From a virus (taxonomy: Duplodnaviria; Caudoviricetes): DNA of 30,747 bases. The position numbers and the translations under genes were made by a program. Positions 21,252-28,893 of the stretch are shown here, piece by piece; within the stretch, counting starts at the first letter, position 1, and every line of letters starts with the position of its first letter. The stretch is taken from IMG/VR virus record IMGVR_UViG_3300042464_000625, positions 1 to 30,747 of that record; one strand, written 5' to 3'. Below the pieces are notes generated by a model. That model was not told the DNA's origin and did not search any database. It was given only the letters and a program-made list of their open reading frames with translations.

Positions 21252-23749
21252 TGGATGGGCCGGGATCTGCTGGTAATGGTGGCGATCCAGTCCAGACCGC
21301 TGAACATGCACGGGTTGGGGGTGCTGTTGACCAGATCGACCTGGCAAGTTTCGCCCTTGGAAGCAATCGGGACTTGGAACACCCCCTCGAAATAGCTGCG
21401 GTCCTCGATGTCCAGGCCCTGGCCCAGGGTGCTGCCAACCTGGCTGTTGCGAACCCCCAGGGTCCAGCCGTCAAACTTGTAGACGGCGGTATCCCGTCTC
21501 TCGGGCGTCACTTCAACCTTGAAAAAGCTGGTGTCGTGATACCGCAGCATGGCGTGCCGAACCTGGGTGCGGGCCACATTGGACGCCACCTTCCCGGCCC
21601 CGGCGTCAGCCTTCAGCACAAACTTGGAGAATCGATACCGAAACTCAAACGGCTGCCCGAAGACGATGTCCTTGTTCCGCCAGTCCCCCTGGGCGGCGAT
21701 GGTGGTGGCCCCCGCCAGGGCCCGCCCGATCAGCTTGCCGCCGTTCTGCGTGGGCCCGTAGAGGGTCCATGCCTCCACCGGCACCTCAGCTGTATATCCC
21801 AGGGGCCAGACCGTGGCATCGGCCACCACGTTGTAAGTGCCGTTGGGCACCCGCACCGCTGCCGGGGTTGCCGTGGTGGTGGTCACACTGCGATCGAGCA
21901 GCAGGGTGGTCAACGCATCGGTGGACAGCCGATCTGCCACCGACATCTTCTCCAGCCAGACAGAGCCATCGGCGTACTCAATCAGCAGGTACAAGGTCTC
22001 GGTGACGCACTGAATCGCCAGCACCTTGCCGGCCGTCAGATCCCAATAGGACCAGCTGCGCTGCACCCGTTCGACGCCGTTGGCGCTGCCACGGTCCGAA
22101 TACTTGTAGACGTAGATACGACTGCTGGTACCGGTGATGGCGAACCAGATCCCGGCGGTGTCATTGGCCGCCAGTTGCCGGATGCCGGCGGGGATGTAAG
22201 TGGGCACATGGTCGGTAATGCTCGGGGCTGCCCCGGTGAGCGCGGTTCCCACTCCCCTCAGGGCAAACTCCCGAAACTGGGTCCAGGTTCCATTGGTCTG
22301 GGCGAACACAATCCCGCCGGCCACTTGCAGCGGGGCCACCGCCGTGTCGCATTCGTAAGCCGTGAGTTGGTCGATAGTGGCAGTTGAAGGGGTCAACGCC
22401 TGCCCGCTGGACGCAGTCCTGAACTGCAGTTGATCGCTCCACAGGATCAGCTCGTCCTGACTGGAGACGGCATGGCGCAGGATGCTGACTTTGTTGCCGC
22501 TGGGCGCTTGGTCGTCGATCGGGTCGGTGTCGAGCACCGTTGTCACGGTCTCGGGGAAGAAATCAAAGAACGACTTGGCCCTGCTGAGGATTCGGCTTTC
22601 GTCAGCCAGCAAGCCCAGTCGGTTGCGGTGAATGAAGACCGCCTGGATCGGGTAGCCAATGAAGCTCGGGTCTGGGGCGGTGTCGTAATCGCCGGCCGTC
22701 CGCTCCCCCCACGCCGGGATCTTGGTGCCCCCCTGGGTGGTGCCGTTGGCGGGGCCAAAGTAGAAGGTGCCGTTGGCCAGCCGGACCAACAGATGGGGCA
22801 TGGTGGCGGCATCGAGCCGGTAAGGCATCCCTGGCCCCACACACTCCTCCCATGCCCCCTCGCCGAACGACGACGCGGCTCCCCGGGGGACGAAGGAAAC
22901 GTAGTAGTTGTCGAACTGGTTGCTTGGGTCGCCCTTGACCTCCACCTGGTAGCCGCGGGGGGCGATGGCCGGCAGATCGGTGAAGGCCTGCACGCTGCTC
23001 GTGATGGTCGTGATGTCGTCGTTGGCCCTGGCATCGACGGCGGCAATCGTGATAGCGCTGGCAGATCTGAAATGCAGTACCGACCCTTCTTGGACGATCG
23101 CTACTGTGATCCCTACTGAAGTGTTTTCCAATGCCGTCCTGATCTGACTCGCAATCTCGGCGGTACTGATTCGGTTCTCGATAATGTCGCTGCCGCTGGT
23201 GGTGACGGGCTGAATAGGGGTGACGACGGTGGCCAGCTGGCCGTTGACAGACACCCGGTAGGTCTGGCCGTAGTTGGCGGCCTTTACCCACACCAGGGCC
23301 TCGTGAGCCTCGGGCCTGGCCACTGCCGGCGCCAACGCGGCGGCCATCGCCGGCACCCGCTTGACATTGGAAATGAAGGTAAAGTCGGCAATGCTGGCGG
23401 CGCGAATCTCGGCGGCAGGGTTGCTGGCAGTGGAGAGATAGGAGTATCCCGATGGGGCGGACACCGTTTTCTCGTTGCCCGCCAGGTCAAACACCCGGAT
23501 GGAACTGGCCCCGATTGCAACCAGGTACTGCTCGGTCGAATCCCGCAGGATCGAATGGAAAAACACGTTTCCCATGGATGCTGTTGCGACTCTCCGCAGC
23601 GCACTGGTGCCAGCACGCTTGCGTAGGCCATCGGCCATCGAGCTGTACCCATTGATCTGCAGCCTCCCTTGCGTCGGGTCGCATTGGGCGTCCGACTGCT
23701 GGGAGACGCCCTGAATCAGATTAGGGATTGATTGGCTGGATTGGCTCAT
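21248..23749 (-). CDS. Tail tubular protein B (nozzle, T7 gp12-like)
   Basis: SIPNLIQGVSQQSD, GLRKRAG, ADFTFISN, TMPHLLVR, WGERTAGDYDTAPDPSF, RNRLGLL, DTDPID. Confidence 0.95.
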   Translation of the reverse strand: MSQSSQSIPNLIQGVSQQSDAQCDPTQGRLQINGYSSMADGLRKRAGTSALRRVATASMGNVFFHSILRDSTEQYLVAIGASSIRVFDLAGNEKTVSAPSGYSYLSTASNPAAEIRAASIADFTFISNVKRVPAMAAALAPAVARPEAHEALVWVKAANYGQTYRVSVNGQLATVVTPIQPVTTSGSDIIENRISTAEIASQIRTALENTSVGITVAIVQEGSVLHFRSASAITIAAVDARANDDITTITSSVQAFTDLPAIAPRGYQVEVKGDPSNQFDNYYVSFVPRGAASSFGEGAWEECVGPGMPYRLDAATMPHLLVRLANGTFYFGPANGTTQGGTKIPAWGERTAGDYDTAPDPSFIGYPIQAVFIHRNRLGLLADESRILSRAKSFFDFFPETVTTVLDTDPIDDQAPSGNKVSILRHAVSSQDELILWSDQLQFRTASSGQALTPSTATIDQLTAYECDTAVAPLQVAGGIVFAQTNGTWTQFREFALRGVGTALTGAAPSITDHVPTYIPAGIRQLAANDTAGIWFAITGTSSRIYVYKYSDRGSANGVERVQRSWSYWDLTAGKVLAIQCVTETLYLLIEYADGSVWLEKMSVADRLSTDALTTLLLDRSVTTTTATPAAVRVPNGTYNVVADATVWPLGYTAEVPVEAWTLYGPTQNGGKLIGRALAGATTIAAQGDWRNKDIVFGQPFEFRYRFSKFVLKADAGAGKVASNVARTQVRHAMLRYHDTSFFKVEVTPERRDTAVYKFDGWTLGVRNSQVGSTLGQGLDIEDRSYFEGVFQVPIASKGETCQVDLVNSTPNPCMFSGLDWIATITSRSRPIQ

Positions 23750-24450
23750 AATGCAGGCAGGCCAAACCGGCTCCGGAACGTTTCGTATTCCACTGCCAAC
23801 GCAGCCGTATCTAGCGCTGCGCCAATTATCTTAATTACACTAATAGCCCCGCTGATATAGTCCTGATTGGTTGCGCGACCGCCCCATCGTAACGGGGTGG
23901 CTTGAGAGCCCAGCGTGGCGGGTATGGTCGTGGTTGCTGTCGCCAGGATTGTCGTAACGTTACGTCGCAGGGTCATTGACGTTGATGGCACCCAAACCCC
24001 AGAAAACATACCCCATGTATTGTTAAAGTTACCTGAGGGATTGGCAATGAACCGGTTGTTTACATAGAACTGTAAAGCTGCGCCGTCTGCGGTTAATGCG
24101 TAGCCTGCTGCAGCCCGGTTCCCTCCAATTTTATCTAGCGACCATTTATCATTAGTGGCAATACGAGCCCAGATGATAATAGTTAGGCCAGCTGTTGGCA
24201 CCAACTGGGTGCCGGAGTCGTTAAATTGAACGTAATCGTTCACACCGTCTAGCGGCAAGATGCCCCCGTTAGCCGTGCTAAATACAGGGCCACCTGTTAG
24301 CGTGCCACTAACGCCGGCAACCGAGCCCAGGTTGCTTAAGGTTGTACCACTGCCTGGATAACTGGCAGAGCTGCCGAAATCACAAAACAGCAGCGGCGTG
24401 GGGGCGCCGCTGGTAACGGGGGGCCTCCTTCTGTCTGCAACAACGGTCAT
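23746..24450 (-). CDS. LamG / concanavalin-A-like lectin domain protein (234 aa)
   Basis: ATG 24450 with GGAGGT 6 nt upstream; SYPGSGTT..NL...GTLTGGPVFSTANGG.L.LDGVNDY is the common cyanophage LamG-like pattern. Confidence 0.8.
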   Translation of the reverse strand: MTVVADRRRPPVTSGAPTPLLFCDFGSSASYPGSGTTLSNLGSVAGVSGTLTGGPVFSTANGGILPLDGVNDYVQFNDSGTQLVPTAGLTIIIWARIATNDKWSLDKIGGNRAAAGYALTADGAALQFYVNNRFIANPSGNFNNTWGMFSGVWVPSTSMTLRRNVTTILATATTTIPATLGSQATPLRWGGRATNQDYISGAISVIKIIGAALDTAALAVEYETFRSRFGLPAL

Positions 24451-24487
24451 CCGGTTACCTCCCACCCATGGCCCGCGTCTCCATTCC

Positions 24488-25102
24488 CTACGAAACCTCA
24501 TTGACCCAACCGGCGGACAGGTCAACCGGGCGGCCGGCCTTGATTTCTTCAATCAGAAACGATTGACGTTCCAAGTTGACTAGGCCAGCATCCCTAATCC
24601 TTTGGCGCAGGGCCAATAACTCCTGCATTGCTGGCGTCGCCTGGTTTGCCTTGTCCCTTTCTTCAGCTTCGTCCAGCAACTCGCGGAACAGGGGATCACT
24701 GTTGGGAGGGTAGAGGCGGGAGTTTGCTTGAGAATAGGCAGCTTCGACTTGGCTTATCAACACTGCTTCTGGGTGCGGTTTTACCTCCAGTGTTTCCTCC
24801 CACGTTCCCAGTGGGCCGCCGGGTTTGGGGCTGGTATAGGGGACAGGACCCCAGATTGCGATCTCGTAATGGGTGCGGTCGTCATACTCGCGGACCTGGG
24901 GGGCGGTCTTCAGGTACCAAACCAGTTCAGGGCGGTCCTCGGGGAGGCCAAACAGGTTGGGCCATTCCGTGCCGGTTGGATTGGTGACAACGCCATCGCG
25001 CAACGGAACAAACAGATCAACGCTATGGCCCTCTTGTGGCCCTGGGTCAGCGTAATAACGAACCCCTGTATCAGGATTGGTGACAATGTTGGGAGCAGGC
25101 AT
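24488..25102 (-). CDS. Hypothetical protein, possible fibre assembly chaperone (204 aa)
   Basis: Between the fibre-like fusion and the LamG gene; C-terminal helical region ending DLSAGW. Confidence 0.65.
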   Translation of the reverse strand: MPAPNIVTNPDTGVRYYADPGPQEGHSVDLFVPLRDGVVTNPTGTEWPNLFGLPEDRPELVWYLKTAPQVREYDDRTHYEIAIWGPVPYTSPKPGGPLGTWEETLEVKPHPEAVLISQVEAAYSQANSRLYPPNSDPLFRELLDEAEERDKANQATPAMQELLALRQRIRDAGLVNLERQSFLIEEIKAGRPVDLSAGWVNEVS

Positions 25103-25104
25103 GA

Positions 25105-26730
25105 TCAGACCGAAGTGCGAGTGAATAGAAAGACAACAAAAACACCTGTAGCGCCCCCGAATCCCAGGACATCAAAGCCAACACGAGTGCCGGCAGTGAT
25201 CCCAGTAGCTCCGGTTAGCAGCGAGGTCGCGTCCACCAGGCTGGCGCCAGCGGACAAAGTTGCATTGGCCGTCAGCAGCGACGTTTTAACGCCTGCCGCT
25301 GTTCGGCGGTAAGCGTTAAAAGTCGCCGTGCCAGTGCCAACAGTATCAATGTGACACCCAAAATATATACCCGTAATAGCAAAAGTTCCAGCGACAACAG
25401 CAACCGGCAGTTCGTCATAATTGGTGGCGGCGGTTCCCGCTTCCCCCTTGTTTGTTGCCTTGAATATCATCCCGTCAGCAATGGACGACAGACTAATAGC
25501 ATTAGTGGTGGGGTTATAGGAAAGAGGCGCAACGGCTGATGCGACGCCATCGGTCCCGTCCGTTCCCGCGTCCCCGCGAGGGATCGTGAAGTTGAGGACC
25601 GCAGCCTGAGGCGTGCCGGCGTTGCTGACCGCTGCGGAGCTTCCCGCCGCTCCGGTGGTGATCGTTCCAATCCCGATCGTTGCGGCAGTCCCGTTCGTTC
25701 CGTTCGTTCCCGCGTCCCCGCGAGGGATCGTGAAGTTGAGGACCGCAGCCTGAGGCGTGCCGGCGTTGCTGACCGCTGCGGAGCTTCCCGCCGCTCCGGT
25801 GGTGACGGTGCCGATTTGGATTGTTCCTGCCGGCCCCTGGGTTCCGCTGCCCCCGGCTGCCGTCAGCATCCCATTGACAATGGACAAGCCGCTGCCCAGG
25901 GGAAGGGGTATTACTGCCCCCCCAGTGCCAAACAAGGCCAGGTTGCCGGCGCTCCCGGCTTGACCCGAAAGTGTTAGGCCAACAAAGCTCGGGGAGGCGT
26001 CAGTCCCCAGCGCTTGGGGCAAAGTGACACTCGCTCCCGGTGCTCCCCCCGACGACGCCCCCCTGCTCCCGCCAAAGCCAAGCGCCCCATCCCCCAGCCC
26101 GCTGCCGCGGCGTCCCCCCACCCCCAGACGCGGGCGGAATGTGGCCCATGAATCGCCGCCGGTCAGGGCATTGGGTTGCGACTGCGCAGTGTCGGTCCGC
26201 AGCAGGTTGGCCCATGCCTCGTCCTGATCGGCCTGCGTGAGCTGGTAGGTGGTGGTGTTCCCCACCGCCCTGTTGCTGAACACCCGCGCCGCACGGATGG
26301 TGGCCCAGCGGTTGTAGACCTCGGGGGATTCGTCCCACGACAGCAGGGTGACGACGTTGGCGTAGATCGTCGCCTCACCGATCGCATAAGACCTGGCTTG
26401 CGAGTCATAAACACGGGCCCCGCGCAACTGGAAACGCCCGTTCCATTCGACCCGGCTGGGCGCCCACTGCACGATGTTGGCCGGGACTGTCAGCCCCCCG
26501 GTATCCGAATCCCGGTGGAAGGGCACCTCGGTCTCCCGGTTCCAGCTCCACCCCTGGGCCTGGCCCTCCTTGTGAAATTCGAGCAGGGCACGCTCGGCGT
26601 CCGCCGCCTCGCCTACCTGCTGCGACTCCAGCGAATTGACCGGCGCTTCGCCGATCGTCGCCAGGCAGATATTGACCGCTTCCAGGAGCGTGGTCCGGCC
26701 GGGGCTCAGTTGCTGGGCCGCCTGCCCCAT
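25105..26730 (-). CDS. Tail tubular protein A (T7 gp11-like) fused to a Gly/Thr-rich fibre-like extension (541 aa)
   Basis: TLLEAVNICLATIGEAPVNSL...QAQGWSWN...IRAARVFSNRAVG (gp11 domain, ~200 aa), then GTVTTGAAGSSAAVSNAGTPQAAVLNFTIPRGDAG x2 with G-x-x triplets. Confidence 0.9.
   Translation of the reverse strand: MGQAAQQLSPGRTTLLEAVNICLATIGEAPVNSLESQQVGEAADAERALLEFHKEGQAQGWSWNRETEVPFHRDSDTGGLTVPANIVQWAPSRVEWNGRFQLRGARVYDSQARSYAIGEATIYANVVTLLSWDESPEVYNRWATIRAARVFSNRAVGNTTTYQLTQADQDEAWANLLRTDTAQSQPNALTGGDSWATFRPRLGVGGRRGSGLGDGALGFGGSRGASSGGAPGASVTLPQALGTDASPSFVGLTLSGQAGSAGNLALFGTGGAVIPLPLGSGLSIVNGMLTAAGGSGTQGPAGTIQIGTVTTGAAGSSAAVSNAGTPQAAVLNFTIPRGDAGTNGTNGTAATIGIGTITTGAAGSSAAVSNAGTPQAAVLNFTIPRGDAGTDGTDGVASAVAPLSYNPTTNAISLSSIADGMIFKATNKGEAGTAATNYDELPVAVVAGTFAITGIYFGCHIDTVGTGTATFNAYRRTAAGVKTSLLTANATLSAGASLVDATSLLTGATGITAGTRVGFDVLGFGGATGVFVVFLFTRTSV
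25561..25805. repeat. Perfect 101-bp direct repeat (25561-25661 and 25705-25805), period 144 bp
   Basis: Base-for-base identical as read from the sequence; in frame. Confidence 0.9.
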
Positions 26731-26738
26731 CGCTGCCG

Positions 26739-26753
26739 CTGCAAGGTTGTAGA
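26739..26753. promoter_or_regulatory. Palindromic start-associated motif (minus strand TCTACA-ACCT-TGCAG)
   Basis: 8 nt upstream of ATG 26730; -10-like TAGGAT at 26757-26762, just past the capsid terminator. Confidence 0.45.
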
Positions 26754-26773
26754 GCAATCCTAGCGGCAGCCAT

Positions 26774-26801
26774 GAAAAAGCCCCCGGTTTGACGCGGGGG
26801 C
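26774..26801 (-). terminator. Rho-independent terminator after the capsid gene (T7 T-phi position)
   Basis: GCCCCCG-8nt-CGGGGGC followed by TTTTTC. Confidence 0.85.
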
Positions 26802-26827
26802 CTGCTCCCATGTGCTCCGGCTGCAGC

Positions 26828-27844
26828 TTAGGGGACGACGATGCACCCCGCGCATTCGGGGCTCAATTTGCCCATGCCGATGGCCATGGATGCCACCAAC
26901 AGTTGGGACTGGTAGACGATGTTGTAGTCACCATTCGGTGCGGTCATCTGGAGCTTCGGCGCCCGCAGCTCCAATACGCCCATTGCATCCCCGTGGTAAA
27001 TCAGGGCCCGGCACTTGGAGAGATCCTGGGCGTACTCGCTGTTGGCGTTGTCCTGGGCCTGCAGGGTGTAAGCCGGCTGCTCGATGAAGTTCGACCAGTA
27101 GACAGGCACTCCAGAGATCCGCCCAGCAAACACTTCCTGGACAGTGCCGTTGCTGCCGGTCCCGCCGTTGAAGTCGGCATTAATCAGCCGCTTCGAGTCC
27201 TGTAGCCAACCCAAGACATCAGGGGTAACGACGCAGCGCATGCCCCCGGTGGGGATGTGTTTCTTCTGCTTCAAGGTCACCATCTGTTTGATGGCGGCAT
27301 AGAGCTCGTCACCCTTTGCCTCGTTGTTGGCAGCGGCAAACCCAGCGCTCAAGGTGATCTTGTCGCCAGTGCGGCCGGCGTTGATCGATTTGGCGAACGG
27401 TTCAGCGGTGGTGTTGGCAGCCGCAAACAGGATGCGGGCAACCCGCAGTTCCCTCTCGTCAGCCAGTGCCTCCCCCAGCTGGTGCATGGTTTCCGCCCTG
27501 GTGGCCGGGTCCTCCTGCAGCTCGTCCAGGTCGTAGATCGCCTCATCGGCAATCATCAACCCATCGAGCCGGAGGATCCGGCTGTTGAGGTCGGACGGGG
27601 AGTTGCCGCCGCCGTCGATTGGGGTCCCAATGGTGTGGTAGCGGGCCTGACGGCGGGCGGTCATGTTAAACCGCATGGTTCGACCACCCTTGATGGTCTT
27701 GGTCTTCACGGTGGAAGACAGGATCTTCTTCTTGTCGTAAGCCCTCAGCAGCTCTTCGCCGCCAAGGTCCAGGAACAGGGCGTTGACATCGCCAGCGCCC
27801 CGGACCTGCCCAAGTCTGGACAGGCTGATTAAATCAGCAGACAT
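26828..27844 (-). CDS. Major capsid protein (T7 gp10-like)
   Basis: ALFLDLGGEELLRAY...KTIKGGRTMRF...YHTIG...LDGLMIADEAIYDLDE...QLGEALA...MAIGMGKLSPECA. Confidence 0.95.
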   Translation of the reverse strand: MSADLISLSRLGQVRGAGDVNALFLDLGGEELLRAYDKKKILSSTVKTKTIKGGRTMRFNMTARRQARYHTIGTPIDGGGNSPSDLNSRILRLDGLMIADEAIYDLDELQEDPATRAETMHQLGEALADERELRVARILFAAANTTAEPFAKSINAGRTGDKITLSAGFAAANNEAKGDELYAAIKQMVTLKQKKHIPTGGMRCVVTPDVLGWLQDSKRLINADFNGGTGSNGTVQEVFAGRISGVPVYWSNFIEQPAYTLQAQDNANSEYAQDLSKCRALIYHGDAMGVLELRAPKLQMTAPNGDYNIVYQSQLLVASMAIGMGKLSPECAGCIVVP

Positions 27845-27951
27845 TGTGATTGCGGAAATGAAGTTCTTTTGGAACCCATCGCCTTCCGCTAATCAAGTTG
27901 TCGGCCGCAGCCGGCTAGATAGCTACAAGGGTGGAGTAATCCACCCAAACA

Positions 27952-28893
27952 TTACCACTTGTTGGCCTTCTTTGTTCTGGCGAACTTGGCATTCACGCGA
28001 CGCTGATAGTTTTCGTCCTTCAGGTACAGCTCGTTGTCGTTGGCATCCTTGGCGTAGCGGTCCTTTCTGTAGTCCTCCCGCGTGTCGTAAACATCGGCTG
28101 GCTCGCTGGTCTGCGCCCCGCCCCCCAGGTATTCCGGCTCCTTGGGAGCAGTGCCGGCGCGGGCCTGAAATGCCTGCAGCGCAAACTGCACCGCCAGCAG
28201 ATTGCCGGTATCTAGTGCCTGCTGGTAGGCGATCTTCTCCTCTGGCGCCAGGTTGGCCTGGGCCCATCGGCTCAGCTTGTCGAAGGCGGCATCACCGCCG
28301 ACCGACTGGCGCAGGGCCGCCACCACCTCGGGCTGATCGTTCAGGCTGCCGGCGGCCGGTGCTGCTGCCTCGGCTGGTTTGACGCCGGCCAGATAGGTTT
28401 CGACCAATGCCCTGGGCAGTCCGCCCTTGTCGGCCAGGGCATCCACGTAGGCGGAGACGTCCTCGCCGGCCTCGAACTTGGCCGCCATCTCGAAGGGGTT
28501 GACCTCGGCTTCTTGGAACCTGGCGGCCAGGGCTTCGCCGTAAACCTCGACGCCACGCTCGGGGGTGTACTCCTCGATCTCGGCGGCGGCCGGGGGTGCC
28601 TCGGTCTTCTCGCTGCGCTGACCCTGCTGGCCCTGCCTGCGCTGCAGCTCCAGGTAAGCCCTCTCCAGGTCGGCCGGGGTTTCGAACTTGCCGGCCAGCT
28701 TTGCCGGCTTGGCCTCGGGGGCAGCGGGCGCTTCCTCGCCCTCGACCTCCTCGCGGTCGGGGACGCCTGCATCGTCCAGGAACCTGTCCAGGATGCTGAT
28801 CTGCTTGGAGGACGCGGGATCGACCAAGGCCTTCAGCTCAGCCGGCGCATTGATCTGGTCAAGGGTCTTGGGGGGTGTGACTTCAGTGGTCAT
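27952..28893 (-). CDS. Capsid scaffolding protein (T7 gp9-like)
   Basis: KLAGKFETPADLERAYLELQ, VGGDAAFDKLSRWA, C-terminal Y.KDENYQRRV; located between portal and capsid. Confidence 0.9.
   Translation of the reverse strand: MTTEVTPPKTLDQINAPAELKALVDPASSKQISILDRFLDDAGVPDREEVEGEEAPAAPEAKPAKLAGKFETPADLERAYLELQRRQGQQGQRSEKTEAPPAAAEIEEYTPERGVEVYGEALAARFQEAEVNPFEMAAKFEAGEDVSAYVDALADKGGLPRALVETYLAGVKPAEAAAPAAGSLNDQPEVVAALRQSVGGDAAFDKLSRWAQANLAPEEKIAYQQALDTGNLLAVQFALQAFQARAGTAPKEPEYLGGGAQTSEPADVYDTREDYRKDRYAKDANDNELYLKDENYQRRVNAKFARTKKANKW

Noticed and set aside
25561-25805. DGR template/variable repeat pair
   Set aside because: Copies are identical with no adenine-specific differences, both are in frame in one gene, and no reverse transcriptase is present.
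26000-26130. -1 frameshift at G-GGG-GGA yielding a short, unfused tail tubular protein A
   Set aside because: G-runs are expected in Gly codons here, and I could not support a stimulatory structure.
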